Below the pieces are notes generated by a model. The model made no database searches. It was given only the letters and a program-made list of their open reading frames with translations, and was not told the DNA's origin. The translations under genes were made by a program, and so were the position numbers. Positions 1 through 11,345 of a stretch of DNA of 33,681 bases are shown here, piece after piece. Position 1 is the first letter of the stretch; every line of letters starts with the position of its first letter. The stretch covers positions 1 to 33,681 of the forward strand of contig CAZEFU010000001.1 in assembly GCA_964511515.1 (NCBI GenBank), given 5' to 3'. Source of the stretch: an uncultured Wenzhouxiangellaceae bacterium (GTDB lineage Bacteria > Pseudomonadota > Gammaproteobacteria > Xanthomonadales > SZUA-36).

Positions 1-1353
<1,353 letters not shown>

Positions 1354-1399
1354 TTACCGTTTACTTGCTTATTTTGCCGCTACCGGAAGCATATTTGGG

Positions 1400-1405
1400 T
1401 ATAAT
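1400..1405 (+). promoter_or_regulatory. Candidate -10 element (perfect TATAAT) for fumC in the purB/fumC divergent intergenic region
   Basis: TATAAT lies at 1400-1405, 35 nt upstream of the ATG at 1440. The only TTGCCG-like -35 (1374-1379) sits 20 nt away, which is too far, so only the -10 is supported. Confidence 0.3.
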
Positions 1406-1439
1406 CAGATGATTGCGGAATAAGCTGAGTAATTGCATT

Positions 1440-2840
1440 ATGAACAAAGACAGAAAGTTAAAATATCGCCTCGAAGAAGACAGTATGGGCAAGTTGAAAG
1501 TACCGGCCGATGCTCTCTGGGGTGCACAAACCCAACGCGCGGTAAATAATTTTCCGATCAGCGGGCAGACCATGCCACGCCAGTTTATCCGTGCTCTGGG
1601 TTTGATCAAGCAGTCTGCGGCTGAAGTAAATGCAGAGCTTGGGCACTTATCTCAAGTTAAGGCAAAGGCTATCGGCAAGGCTGCTAAGAAAGTTATAAGC
1701 GGCGCGGTTGATGTACACTTTCCCATTGATATATACCAGACAGGTTCTGGCACTTCATCAAATATGAATGCCAATGAAGTAATTACACATTTAGCCAACG
1801 CTGGGCGTAAAAAGGCCCTTATTCACCCCAATGATCATGTAAATATGGGGCAGAGTTCAAATGATGTTATTCCAACTGCTATGCAAGTGGGCGCAAACTT
1901 GCAACTGGAAGAAGATTTATTGCCAGCATTAGAATATCTGAGCAAGACTCTTAAAGCACGCGCGCAAGAATTAAAAAATGAAGTTAAAACCGGGCGCACT
2001 CATTTGATGGATGCAATGCCGGTGACTTTTGCGCAGGAACTAATGACTTGGGCTGAGCAAATTAGTGCCAATATTGAGCGTTTGAAATCTGCACAGAAGC
2101 GTTTGAGGAAATTACCTCAGGGGGGCACTGCTGTTGGTACTGGAATTAATGCCGATGCAAAATTTGCTGCTGGCATGGCAGCATCTTTAAGTAAATCTAC
2201 CGGAGTGAAATTCGAGCGCGCTAAAAATTTGTTTGTCGGAATATCCAGCCTCGATGTTGTAGTTGAATTATCTGGTCAGTTAAAAACCACATCTGTAAGC
2301 TTATTAAAAATAGCCAATGATTTACGCTGGATGAATTCCGGGCCACTGGCTGGAATAGGCGAGATTGAGTTGGAAGCCTTGCAACCTGGAAGTTCGATTA
2401 TGCCGGGCAAAGTTAATCCGGTAATTCCAGAGGCTACGGCGATGGTCTGTGCCAAAGTAACAGGTAACGATGCAACCATTACGATGGCCGGGCAATCAGG
2501 TAATTTTCAATTGAATGTCATGTTACCAGTGGCTATTGCCAGTTTGACTGAAAGCATTATGTTATTGAGTAATGTTAGTCGTTTATTAGCGGATAAAGCT
2601 ATTTCCAGCTTTAAGGTTAGACGCGACCGGATCGATGAGGCTTTATCCAGAAATCCAATTCTGGTAACTGCGTTAAATTCCGTAATTGGCTATGAGCTCG
2701 GCGCAGCTACCGCCAAGCAAGCCTATAAAGAAGGCCGCCCAATCTTAGAAGTTGCCAAAGAAACAACCGGTCTATCTGAGACAGAATTAAAGCGCCTGTT
2801 AGATCCGCTGAAACTAACTAAGGGCGGTATTGCCAAATAA
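1440..2840 (+). CDS. fumC: Class II fumarate hydratase (fumarase C)
   Basis: The N-terminus reads EEDSMGKLKVPADALWGAQTQRAVNNFPIS, typical of FumC rather than aspartase. It carries the GSSIMPGKVNP signature and SSNDVIPTA. The track ORF opens at a TTG (1413); the in-frame ATG at 1440 (MNKDRK...) is the more likely start. Confidence 0.9.
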   Translation: MNKDRKLKYRLEEDSMGKLKVPADALWGAQTQRAVNNFPISGQTMPRQFIRALGLIKQSAAEVNAELGHLSQVKAKAIGKAAKKVISGAVDVHFPIDIYQTGSGTSSNMNANEVITHLANAGRKKALIHPNDHVNMGQSSNDVIPTAMQVGANLQLEEDLLPALEYLSKTLKARAQELKNEVKTGRTHLMDAMPVTFAQELMTWAEQISANIERLKSAQKRLRKLPQGGTAVGTGINADAKFAAGMAASLSKSTGVKFERAKNLFVGISSLDVVVELSGQLKTTSVSLLKIANDLRWMNSGPLAGIGEIELEALQPGSSIMPGKVNPVIPEATAMVCAKVTGNDATITMAGQSGNFQLNVMLPVAIASLTESIMLLSNVSRLLADKAISSFKVRRDRIDEALSRNPILVTALNSVIGYELGAATAKQAYKEGRPILEVAKETTGLSETELKRLLDPLKLTKGGIAK

Positions 2841-2862
2841 GGGACAACTCCTTGCGGACAAT

Positions 2863-3048
2863 TTATTCTTCTTTGTTAGTATTTATATTAAATAACTTAT
2901 ATGGCAGACAATAGCCAGTAACAGCAGTCATCAGGGGTATCAAGCCTACGGCTCCCCACCAGCTCTGGTAATAAACCCCAGCAGCTATTACGACTACACC
3001 AATTACCATACGGATTCTTTTATCAGTTTGACCTACATTGCATTGCAT
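2863..3048 (-). CDS. Small two-helix membrane protein, DUF2892 (YgaP C-terminal domain-like)
   Basis: This 61-aa ORF opens with CNVGQTDKRIRMVIG followed by two hydrophobic helices, matching the DUF2892 pattern. A good Shine-Dalgarno is present (reverse strand GGAGAAATCAAAATG). Confidence 0.7.
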   Translation of the reverse strand: MQCNVGQTDKRIRMVIGVVVIAAGVYYQSWWGAVGLIPLMTAVTGYCLPYKLFNINTNKEE

Positions 3049-3107
3049 TTTGATTTCTCCATGTATTACTTGCCATAGAATTTAGCATAGTCTTTACAAT
3101 GTAACAA

Positions 3108-4094
3108 TTAACCATCGGATGCCCGGCGCCGGAACCATAAGGTCAGGTAAAGGAATGCGGCTGCAACCACTAGGCCGTATAGCATTTCTATCGAAAACAG
3201 TCTACTGGCCATGTTAGTTAGAGTTGGTGCATGATCAAAACCTGAATCAAGGGGGATTCCAAGCGATACGCCTACGTCTACATTAGTATTACCCTCAGAG
3301 TTTGTATGAACACCGCCAGCGATTATGGCAGGGCTGTTTACCAACCAGTCTTTAATTATCCCGACTACACTATCGGGTATTTTGAGATTTTCCAAAAAAC
3401 CAATCCAGGCCTGCAAAATTGAGAGCAGAATGGGTGGCAGTATGGCAAATAACATTGGTACTTTGGGGGCGCTTGATGAGACCAGCAACAACCAACCGTA
3501 GAGTGGTAGCATCCAAATTGAATTCGCTAGCCAACCAGCCAACACAATGCCCCAAGCTTTGAGTGGCTCAGATGGCCCAAACAACAAATTCCAGGCGCTT
3601 TGATCTGCATTCCAGATCATCAGCATACCAATTAACATCAACACAATTTCTGTAACAATTAAGGCTAGCCAGAACATGAGTGGAATTACAAACATGGCGG
3701 CGAACAGCTTGGAGGCAATAGTCAGGGAATCTGATGTTGGCAGCGATTTCCAAAATAGTATCGATTTGTCTTTACGGTCATCATATAAAGAACCGAGCAG
3801 GTAGAAAAAAGTAACAATAGACATTATAAAAATAAAGAAACTGGAAAGCGCCATCATACTCTGAGTAACGAGCATCCCCCGCATCTCTTCAGGTTGAGTG
3901 GCTAACAAGCGCAACCCTTCTCTGAAAGTAAAATCATTATGGTCAAAAGTAGACTGAATGGTTATCCCCATAAGCATAAAGCCTATCGTGAGCAAACCAA
4001 TAATGATGGGGGTATTGCGGAAGGATCCTTTATTTTCCCAGTACTCTCGAAGTAGCAAGGTTTTAAATTTTGTGACTGTTGAATATTTATCCAT
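3108..4094 (-). CDS. ABC-2 type transporter permease (multi-pass membrane protein)
   Basis: The 328-aa protein has at least 6 hydrophobic segments. Its start overlaps the stop of the upstream ABC ATPase gene by 1 nt. There is no recognisable substrate signature. Confidence 0.75.
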   Translation of the reverse strand: MDKYSTVTKFKTLLLREYWENKGSFRNTPIIIGLLTIGFMLMGITIQSTFDHNDFTFREGLRLLATQPEEMRGMLVTQSMMALSSFFIFIMSIVTFFYLLGSLYDDRKDKSILFWKSLPTSDSLTIASKLFAAMFVIPLMFWLALIVTEIVLMLIGMLMIWNADQSAWNLLFGPSEPLKAWGIVLAGWLANSIWMLPLYGWLLLVSSSAPKVPMLFAILPPILLSILQAWIGFLENLKIPDSVVGIIKDWLVNSPAIIAGGVHTNSEGNTNVDVGVSLGIPLDSGFDHAPTLTNMASRLFSIEMLYGLVVAAAFLYLTLWFRRRASDG

Positions 4095-4945
4095 TATTGG
4101 CCTCCCATGATAGCAACGAAGAGGTCAGCAACATTTGGAGTCCTGGTTTCACCTAATTCTTTAAGGTCTCTGCCGGGGGCTCCATTAAATAAAAACACAT
4201 GTTTACCGAAACTAGTGGTTTCACTCAGAGGTAACAACGCTCTTGCTGTAGCGGCATTTTCACTACTGGTCATTAGTTCTACATAGTTGCGCTGGATGTC
4301 TTCCATGCTGCAGTCGAGTACAATTTTGCCATCATTTATAAATATCAAATCGGTAAGAATATGTTCAATTTCTTCGACCTGGTGAGTGGTGATAATAATT
4401 GACTTTTGCTCATCAAAGTAGTCGTTGAGAAGATTGGTGTAGAAGGTTTTTCTATACAGGATATCAAGTCCCAGAGTGGGCTCATCCAGCACCAGGAATT
4501 TAGCATCTATAGACATTACTAAAGCCAAATGCAGTTGGGCAACCATGCCTTTGGATAGTTCCTTGACTTTTTTGTTCATGCCTATTTTAGTTTTACCGAG
4601 AAATTCCATGCATTTGCTACGACTGAAATTACTATGCAAGCCCTCGACAACATCCAGTGTTTGCCATATCTGAATCCAGCCTGGCAATACTGCAACATCG
4701 GCAATAAATGAAATCTGCTCCATCAGTTCATCGCGGTTTGTGCGCGGATCCATGCCTAATACATTAAGCTCACCCTCAAAGGTGGTTAAGCCCAGTATTG
4801 CTTTAAGCAATGTGGTCTTACCAGCACCATTAGGGCCAATCAGGCCGACAATTCTGCCCGGTTGGATTTCGAGATCAATATTATTTACAGCAAAATGATT
4901 GCCATATTTTTTACTTAAGCTTTGTGCGCTAATTACTGTATTCAT
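4094..4945 (-). CDS. ABC transporter ATP-binding protein
   Basis: It has Walker A GPNGAGKTT, the signature-like LSKGMVAQ, Walker B LVLDEPTLGLD and an H-loop TTHQ. Confidence 0.92.
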   Translation of the reverse strand: MNTVISAQSLSKKYGNHFAVNNIDLEIQPGRIVGLIGPNGAGKTTLLKAILGLTTFEGELNVLGMDPRTNRDELMEQISFIADVAVLPGWIQIWQTLDVVEGLHSNFSRSKCMEFLGKTKIGMNKKVKELSKGMVAQLHLALVMSIDAKFLVLDEPTLGLDILYRKTFYTNLLNDYFDEQKSIIITTHQVEEIEHILTDLIFINDGKIVLDCSMEDIQRNYVELMTSSENAATARALLPLSETTSFGKHVFLFNGAPGRDLKELGETRTPNVADLFVAIMGGQ

Positions 4946-4962
4946 TACGGTATTTTCCCCGG

Positions 4963-5328
4963 TTATTTTCTGGGTTTATTAATAGAATCGAATAAGCTGG
5001 TGGGATCTATCTCCAGCCGTTTAATCCGTGCCACTATATCTGGCCAGATATGTTTACGGAATTTTTCTCGCTCGGTATTTAATAGTTGCTCTCTGGCGCC
5101 AGTTTTCACAAACATTCCCAAGCCACGTCTTTTTTCCACAACACCATCATCAACCAGCATCTGATATGCCTTAGATACCGTGATTGGATTAAGTTGCAAC
5201 TCGGCAGCGACTTGGCGAACGGAGGGCAGGGCATCTTCCTCATTTAATGAGCCATCAAGAATGCGCTCAATAGTTAGCTCGCACAGTTGATAATAAATAG
5301 GTTGGTTATCGTTCCAGTTAGATGACAT
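4963..5328 (-). CDS. GntR-family transcriptional regulator, short YtrA-like subfamily
   Basis: The winged-HTH region reads PIYYQLCELTIERILDGSLNEEDALPSVRQVAAELQLNPITVSKAYQMLVDDGVVEKRRGLGMFV, followed by only a short C-terminal tail. The likely start is the internal ATG (MSSNWNDNQ) at 5328 rather than the track start at 5376. Confidence 0.85.
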   Translation of the reverse strand: MSSNWNDNQPIYYQLCELTIERILDGSLNEEDALPSVRQVAAELQLNPITVSKAYQMLVDDGVVEKRRGLGMFVKTGAREQLLNTEREKFRKHIWPDIVARIKRLEIDPTSLFDSINKPRK

Positions 5329-5338
5329 AAATAATCGC

Positions 5339-5581
5339 TCAGAATATGTGTAGCAGAGAAAAACTACGAACCACAACTGGATCAGTAATGTCTATATCGG
5401 GGCTTGTTGTTGCCTCTATACATTCAGTTTGATTTGAGTTTTGGTGGACTTGAGTTAATTGCTCAGAGGCAATTGGTTCCTCAATCATTACACTCAAAAG
5501 CAGTGCAATACCGCTCACAGCCGCGATAAAGTGCGGAATAACCAGGATTTTATGTTGTGTAAGTCTAAACATAGTCTTCAC
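5339..5581 (-). CDS. Hypothetical small single-pass membrane protein heading the GntR/ABC operon
   Basis: This 80-aa ORF has one clear hydrophobic helix (ILVIPHFIAAVSGIALLLSVMI). It ends 10 nt before the GntR start and is co-directional with it. No family was recognised. Confidence 0.4.
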   Translation of the reverse strand: MKTMFRLTQHKILVIPHFIAAVSGIALLLSVMIEEPIASEQLTQVHQNSNQTECIEATTSPDIDITDPVVVRSFSLLHIF

Positions 5582-5740
5582 CTTTGCGTGTATTAGTTGA
5601 TTGCATATTTAGTGTTGTAGTGAAGTATAACACCACATTATTAAAAACACAAATTTATTATACAAAGATATAGTTATTTGCCAGCGTTGGAGCTGGCATT
5701 GATCCTCTTGTCTATGTCTAAACCTAGTAAGTACGGGTAA

Positions 5741-7456
5741 TCAAGCAGCAATAAGCCCCATAGCCTCAAGCTTTAAGATAATCTTCTGTGCGGCCTGCTC
5801 TGGTGACATATTGAGTGTATCAAGGGCTATTTCTGGTGTTTCCGGAGCCTCATACGGGTCATCAATACCAGTAAACTGTTTGATTTCTCCGCGTCTTGCC
5901 TTCGCGTATAGACCTTTTCTATCCCTTTTCTCGCAGACTTCTATTGGAGTAGAGATATGTACTTCAAGGAATCCGCCAAGAGGTTCAATATTTGCGCGAA
6001 TTTGATCGCGTGTATCACTATATGGCGCGATTGGTGCACAGATAGCTACACCACCATTTTTGGTGATTTCGCTGGCAACATAACCAATGCGTAAGACATT
6101 CAGGTTGCGGTGCTCACGGGAAAACCCGAGCTCTGATGAAAGGTTCTTGCGCACAACATCACCATCGAGCAGGGTTACTGGGCGTGAACCCATTTCTTGA
6201 AGTTTAATCATTAACACATTGGCAATTGTAGACTTGCCAGAACCAGATAGCCCTGTGAAAAATACCGTAAAGCCCTGATTGTGGCGGGGCGGATACCTGA
6301 GCCTGAGTGCTTCAACTACTTTGGGGAAAGTGAACCAATCGGGGATATCCAGGCCTTCATACAGGCGGCGGCGAAGTTCGGTGCCACTAATATTAAGAAC
6401 AGTTTCTCCCTCTACTACTTCATCAATTGCTGCGTATTGGGCGCGCTCAGATACATATACCATCATCTTAAATGGTACCATTTCAATACCAATTTCTTTC
6501 TCGTGCTTGGCCAGCAGTTCTTGTGCATCGAAGGCGCCATAAAAAGGCTCGCCGTTGCTATCGTTACCTGGGCCGGCATGATCACGACCTACAATCAGGT
6601 GGGTACAGCCATAATTTTTACGAATAATGGCATGCCAAAGAGCTTCCCTTGGGCCACCCATACGCATTGCTAAAGGCAGCAGGCTAAGTTGGGTGGTTTG
6701 CTCTGGGTAATTCGGTAACAGGGCTTCATAACAACGAACCCGAGTTAAATGATCAATATCACCCGGTTTGGTCATGCCAACTACTGGGTGGATTAATAAG
6801 TTTGCTTCAGTTTCGCGGGCAGCAAGAAAAGTTAATTCCTGGTGCGCTCTGTGCATTGGGTTTCTAGTTTGAAATGCAACGACACGTTGCCAGCCGAGTT
6901 TCTCGAATAAGGTGCGAAGTTTAATAGGATCATGGCGTAAATGTTTGCAGTCATAGTGAACCGTTGCTTGCAGGCCGCGCACTCGGCCACCAATATACAC
7001 AGGATTGCTGTGTTGTTGCAGATAGGCAACGGCTGGGTGCTTTTTATCTGTAGTTCCATATACGGCTTGGGCTTCGGCATCAAAATCTGGAGACCAGATA
7101 GTTTCAGCAGTCATTATTGCAATGGCAACGCCTTCGGCATCACGCAGTACAAACTCATCACCCTGTTCAAGTTTGGCTGCAAACTCAGTAGAAACATCCA
7201 AATTTATCGGTATTGGCCAGAGAGTCCCATCAACCAGGCGCATATCACTAAGTACTTTTTGATAATCATCTTTGTTGAGAAATCCCTCTAATGGTGAAAA
7301 ACCTCCATTTAGAAGCAGCTCCAGATCACAGATCTGACGCGCAGTTAAATCCCAGTCGGACAAGGTTCCAGCATGGGTTTTGGCATCTGCCAACTCAGTG
7401 TCGCTAACAAATAGGTTTAACAGTGGGCCACCGTGGCCATCGAATATTGAAGTCAT
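5741..7456 (-). CDS. Bifunctional sulfate adenylyltransferase (homo-oligomeric Sat type) / adenylylsulfate kinase
   Basis: The N-terminal two thirds carry the ATP-sulfurylase motifs QTRNPMHRAHQELT and VGRDHAGPG. The C-terminal third carries the APS-kinase P-loop FTGLSGSGKSTIA plus LDGDVVR. Confidence 0.92.
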   Translation of the reverse strand: MTSIFDGHGGPLLNLFVSDTELADAKTHAGTLSDWDLTARQICDLELLLNGGFSPLEGFLNKDDYQKVLSDMRLVDGTLWPIPINLDVSTEFAAKLEQGDEFVLRDAEGVAIAIMTAETIWSPDFDAEAQAVYGTTDKKHPAVAYLQQHSNPVYIGGRVRGLQATVHYDCKHLRHDPIKLRTLFEKLGWQRVVAFQTRNPMHRAHQELTFLAARETEANLLIHPVVGMTKPGDIDHLTRVRCYEALLPNYPEQTTQLSLLPLAMRMGGPREALWHAIIRKNYGCTHLIVGRDHAGPGNDSNGEPFYGAFDAQELLAKHEKEIGIEMVPFKMMVYVSERAQYAAIDEVVEGETVLNISGTELRRRLYEGLDIPDWFTFPKVVEALRLRYPPRHNQGFTVFFTGLSGSGKSTIANVLMIKLQEMGSRPVTLLDGDVVRKNLSSELGFSREHRNLNVLRIGYVASEITKNGGVAICAPIAPYSDTRDQIRANIEPLGGFLEVHISTPIEVCEKRDRKGLYAKARRGEIKQFTGIDDPYEAPETPEIALDTLNMSPEQAAQKIILKLEAMGLIAA

Positions 7457-7710
7457 AGGGTTTTCGCCTCAGGCGCTCCTGAATTTTAATTGTTTCCCGC
7501 TAAAGAGAGCGCCTAAATAGGAGGCAAGCTGCGAGTGTGGAATTATACCCTATGTTGCTGCTTTGTAGAGCAATATCAGCATTAAAAACAAGCTGGTAAA
7601 TTTGTTGAGTTTTAGGGAACTCACAGCTCTGTTTAGGCTCAAAGGTACATAATCGAGCGGTACTGGAAGCTGCGGGATAAATATCATACCTGCATTTTCG
7701 CGTCTTCTAG

Positions 7711-7739
7711 TTGCCAAGTGCTCAATATCAGGTGACAAT
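7711..7739 (+). promoter_or_regulatory. Candidate sigma-70 promoter for fkpA
   Basis: TTGCCA (7711-7716), a 17-nt spacer, then GACAAT (7734-7739). This lies about 30 nt upstream of the ATG at 7768, which is preceded by ACGGAG. Confidence 0.35.
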
Positions 7740-7767
7740 AGCAGGTTGAAATTACGGAGTTTTACAA

Positions 7768-8472
7768 ATGGGATCTAATATGTTTAAAAAATCACTAATC
7801 GCGGTTACTTTAAATGCTGTGCTTATCACTAGTGCAGGAGCAGTTGAGTTGGAAACAGAAGCACAAAAATTGAGCTATATCTTTGGTAATGATATCGGCA
7901 GAACGCTTGAAGCCCAAGGAATTGAGGTTGACTTCAAATCACTTATTGCTGGTATAGAAACCGGTTATAAGGGTGATGAAACGGCTATGAGTGAGGAAGA
8001 AATCAATACTACAAGACAGGCATTTATAGAGCGTAAAACCGCTGAAGCAAAAGCCCAAGTTGTTGAGATGGCCACCACTAACTCTGCCGAAGGTACTGCT
8101 TTTCTTGCTGAAAACGCTAAGAAAGATGGTGTTACAACAACTGAATCTGGTTTGCAATATATAGTGTTAGATGCGGGTAAAGGTGCAAAACCTGCCGCTG
8201 AAGACCTAGTGACTGTGCATTACCGTGGTACAACGTTGAATGGGAAGGAATTCGATAGTTCTTATAAGCGTAATGCACCTGCCTCTTTCCCATTGAATCG
8301 AGTGATTCCTGGTTGGACTGAAGGTTTGCAGTTAATGTCTGTTGGTAGTAAATTTAAATTCTTTATTCCTTCAGCACTTGCATACGGTGAAACTGGTTCT
8401 CCTCCAACCATTATGCCAAATGCGACGTTGGTCTTTGATGTTGAGTTAATCTCAATTGGCGAAGACAAATAA
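7768..8472 (+). CDS. fkpA: Periplasmic FKBP-type peptidyl-prolyl cis-trans isomerase (FkpA/Mip-like)
   Basis: It has a signal peptide (KSLIAVTLNAVLITSAGA), a helical N-terminal dimerisation region and a C-terminal FKBP domain (VTVHYRGTTLNGKEFDSSYKRNAPASFPLNRVIPGWTEGLQLM...LVFDVELI). Confidence 0.88.
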   Translation: MGSNMFKKSLIAVTLNAVLITSAGAVELETEAQKLSYIFGNDIGRTLEAQGIEVDFKSLIAGIETGYKGDETAMSEEEINTTRQAFIERKTAEAKAQVVEMATTNSAEGTAFLAENAKKDGVTTTESGLQYIVLDAGKGAKPAAEDLVTVHYRGTTLNGKEFDSSYKRNAPASFPLNRVIPGWTEGLQLMSVGSKFKFFIPSALAYGETGSPPTIMPNATLVFDVELISIGEDK

Positions 8473-8486
8473 ATAATAATTATTAA

Positions 8487-8515
8487 CCGGGGCTGCTCAT
8501 ACAGCCCCGGTTTTT
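8487..8515 (+). terminator. Rho-independent terminator after fkpA
   Basis: A perfect 9-bp GC-rich stem CCGGGGCTG (8487-8495) / CAGCCCCGG (8502-8510) with a 6-nt loop, followed by TTTTT (8511-8515). Confidence 0.85.
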
Positions 8516-8535
8516 AATTAAGTAAGGGATTACAA

Positions 8536-9885
8536 ATGAAAATTGGTGTCGTTGGCACTGGCTATGTAGGATTGGTAACTGGTGCTTGTCTGGCAGAAAT
8601 TGGTTATCAGGTGCTTTGTCAGGATGTTAACACTGTTAAAATTGAAGCCCTTAAGCTGGGCAAGATCCCGATTTATGAGCCTGGTTTGACGAGCCTGGTA
8701 GAGCAAAATACCGCTAATAATCGCCTACATTTCACCAGCAGTATTACTGACTTAGTTGCCTTTGCAGAGATCATATTTATTGCTGTAGGGACTCCTGCAG
8801 ATGAAAATGGCTCTGCCGACCTCAAACATGTCATCAGCGTTGCCACATCAATTGGCGAACTTATGGATGATTATCGCTTGATAATTACCAAATCAACCGT
8901 ACCAGTTGGCACTGCCAGTAAAGTTTGTGCAATTATCGAGCAGTCTTTAGAGCAGCGTAAGCTGGATATTGACTTTGATGTAGCTTCCAATCCAGAGTTT
9001 CTAAAAGAAGGTGCAGCCATACAAGATTTTATGAGTCCTGACAGAATTGTAATAGGTGTTGATTCAAAACGCAGCGAACAGAGATTGCGGGATCTGTATG
9101 CACCTTTTAGTCAAGATCAAGAAAAACTCATTGTCATGGATATTGCCTCTAGTGAAATGACTAAATATGCTGCCAATATTATGTTAGCCAGTAAAATCAG
9201 CACAATGAATGAAATTGCAAATATTGCTGAGTTGGTAGGTGCAGATATCGACCATATACGGATCGGAGTTGGCTCTGATAAACGAATTGGTGAAAATTTC
9301 ATTTTTGCCGGCGCAGGTTACGGCGGTTCCTGTTTCCCAAAGGATGTACGCGCACTGGAAGAAATTGCCAGGGAATATGGCTATAAAGCTGAGATTCTGC
9401 AGGCAATTGAATCAGTGAATAAGCGCCAGAAGGAAGTATTGTTTTCCAAAATCGGAAACAAGTTTGGAGAAAACCTGACAGGTGTAACTATTGCAATCTG
9501 GGGCCTGGCCTTCAAACCCAATACAGATGATATGCGCGAGGCATCAAGCTTGGTGCTGATCGAAAAATTACTATCTTGTGGTGCGAATATTAACGTTTAC
9601 GATCCCGTAGCAATGACTGTAGCGCAAAGCTTGCTGCAAATGCATGCTGACAAAATACACTATTGCGATGATATGTACGCCGTCGCTGATGGTGCCGATG
9701 CACTGGTATTAGTTACTGAGTGGGAACAGTTTTCTGAGCCAGATTTTCCCCGTTTGTTTGCAGAGATGAAACAAAAAATAATTTTTGATGGAAGGAATAT
9801 TTGGAATCCGCAGATCTTAAATAAGCTGGGTTTTGAATATTTTGGTATCGGCAGGCAGAGTCACAACACTGGGAGCGAGGAATGA
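8536..9885 (+). CDS. ugd: UDP-glucose 6-dehydrogenase
   Basis: It has the N-terminal Rossmann motif [15 protein letters not shown], the catalytic-Cys region [12 protein letters not shown] and [14 protein letters not shown]. Confidence 0.93.
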   Translation: MKIGVVGTGYVGLVTGACLAEIGYQVLCQDVNTVKIEALKLGKIPIYEPGLTSLVEQNTANNRLHFTSSITDLVAFAEIIFIAVGTPADENGSADLKHVISVATSIGELMDDYRLIITKSTVPVGTASKVCAIIEQSLEQRKLDIDFDVASNPEFLKEGAAIQDFMSPDRIVIGVDSKRSEQRLRDLYAPFSQDQEKLIVMDIASSEMTKYAANIMLASKISTMNEIANIAELVGADIDHIRIGVGSDKRIGENFIFAGAGYGGSCFPKDVRALEEIAREYGYKAEILQAIESVNKRQKEVLFSKIGNKFGENLTGVTIAIWGLAFKPNTDDMREASSLVLIEKLLSCGANINVYDPVAMTVAQSLLQMHADKIHYCDDMYAVADGADALVLVTEWEQFSEPDFPRLFAEMKQKIIFDGRNIWNPQILNKLGFEYFGIGRQSHNTGSEE

Positions 9886-10832
9886 GTCATATCTTGGTAA
9901 CTGGTGGGGCAGGCTTCTTGGGTTCTTACTTGTGTGAGAGATTACTTGCCCAAGGTCATAAAGTGACTTGCATGGACAATTATTTCACTGGGCAAAAACG
10001 CAATATAGAGCATTTGTTGGCAAAACTAGATTTTAATGCCATCAATCATGATGTAACAGTGCCTATAAAAATCAAGGTTGATGAAATATACAATTTGGCC
10101 TGCCCAGCATCACCCATACATTACCAAAGCGACCCAATAAAAACTACTCGTACATCTGTGCTCGGTGCCATAAATTTGCTGGAATTAGCCAAGCAGAATG
10201 GCGCCCGTATCCTCCAGGCATCTACCTCTGAAGTATATGGTGACCCGGCGGTACACCCACAACCTGAAGCCTACTGGGGGCATGTAAACCCGATTGGAAT
10301 TAGAGCCTGTTACGATGAGGGCAAGCGCTGTGCCGAAACCCTGTTTGTTGATTATTTTCGTGAACATGCAATGCCGATACGTATAGCCAGAATTTTTAAT
10401 ACATATGGCCCGGGTATGCATCCGGATGATGGTCGGGTGGTTTCTAATTTTATTATTCAAGCTCTTGAAAATAAAAATATTACTATCTATGGTGACGGCA
10501 GTCAGACTCGTTCTTTTTGCTATCGTGATGACTTGGTAGAGGGTCTGATACGATTGATGAATTCGGAGTTTACGGGCCCAGTTAATCTTGGTAATCCGCG
10601 TAGCTTTACAATGCTACAACTAGCAGAGCTGGTGCTGGAACTATGTGATTCTGATTCTCAACTTGTCTACCACGATTTACCAGCCGATGACCCAGTACAG
10701 CGGCAACCAGATGTTAGCTTGGCTGCAGAGCAATTAAATTGGCAGGCAGGAATTGAATTACGGCAAGGTTTATTAACAACTATTGAGTATTTTCGAGGTA
10801 TTTTGGCTGCAGGGAAGGCGAATCATGTCTGA
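9882..10832 (+). CDS. uxs: UDP-glucuronate decarboxylase (UDP-xylose synthase, SDR family)
   Basis: It reads [67 protein letters not shown] and [12 protein letters not shown], co-linear with eukaryotic UXS1 motifs. Its ATG overlaps the ugd stop (ATGA). Confidence 0.88.
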   Translation: MSHILVTGGAGFLGSYLCERLLAQGHKVTCMDNYFTGQKRNIEHLLAKLDFNAINHDVTVPIKIKVDEIYNLACPASPIHYQSDPIKTTRTSVLGAINLLELAKQNGARILQASTSEVYGDPAVHPQPEAYWGHVNPIGIRACYDEGKRCAETLFVDYFREHAMPIRIARIFNTYGPGMHPDDGRVVSNFIIQALENKNITIYGDGSQTRSFCYRDDLVEGLIRLMNSEFTGPVNLGNPRSFTMLQLAELVLELCDSDSQLVYHDLPADDPVQRQPDVSLAAEQLNWQAGIELRQGLLTTIEYFRGILAAGKANHV

Positions 10833-11340
10833 ATCACTCCGTGATCAGCTTTTGAGTGCAGGTTTTGCAAAACCTGTAAAAACTAAAGCTAAAAGTAATA
10901 AAAGATCAAAGCCAACAAACAACGCAAGCAAGCAAAAGTCGGATCTCGAGCAGGCATGGGCAGCGCGCAACCATGCGGAGAAAAGCGATAAACTGCAAAA
11001 ACGTGAACAGAAAAAAGCCGAGCAAAGGCGTAGGCAAGAAATAAATCAGAAAATATTTATGCTTGTCGACCCGGTTAAACTTAATATCCCTGATGCAGTT
11101 CTAGCTCGAAATTTCCTGCATCATGGCAAAATCAGAAAAGTAATGGTTGATGAAAAGCAACTGGGCAATCTGAATAGTGGTGAACTTGCAGTGGTTTTTT
11201 TACGCGGCAGGTATTTTCTGGTCAAAGCAGAAACTGCGACCGAGGTTGCAGACTTATCCCCATATCATGTACCCGATCTCAAGGGTGTAGTTGATGCTGA
11301 AGAGGCAGAACACCCTGTACCAGATGATTTAAGCTGGTAA
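10825..11340 (+). CDS. yaiL: DUF2058 family protein (E. coli YaiL-like)
   Basis: The N-terminus is [12 protein letters not shown] lysine/arginine-rich coiled middle section follows, and the C-terminus ends PVPDDLSW (E. coli YaiL ends VPDDLMW). The ATG at 10825 is preceded by GGAAGG and overlaps the uxs stop by 8 nt. The track start at 10783 is probably an artefact. Confidence 0.75.
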   Translation: MSESLRDQLLSAGFAKPVKTKAKSNKRSKPTNNASKQKSDLEQAWAARNHAEKSDKLQKREQKKAEQRRRQEINQKIFMLVDPVKLNIPDAVLARNFLHHGKIRKVMVDEKQLGNLNSGELAVVFLRGRYFLVKAETATEVADLSPYHVPDLKGVVDAEEAEHPVPDDLSW

Positions 11341-11345
11341 CAGGT

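Noticed and set aside
1413-1439. N-terminal extensions appear in the ORF track for several genes: 1413 (fumC), 5376 (GntR), 10783 (yaiL), 12617 (ACAD), 26130 (5'-nucleotidase) and 29571 (M28).
   Set aside because: Where I read the codon directly (1413, 12617) the extension begins at TTG. For all six genes the added residues do not match the family N-termini. Internal ATGs give canonical N-termini, and where I checked upstream context (yaiL, GGAAGG) the spacing is better.
5680-5697. The hairpin GCCAGC-GTTGGA-GCTGGC lies just downstream of the sat/cysC stop and could be its terminator.
   Set aside because: On the transcribed (minus) strand the stem is followed by AAATAAC rather than a U-run, and the stem is only 6 bp. 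It is not convincing as a rho-independent terminator.
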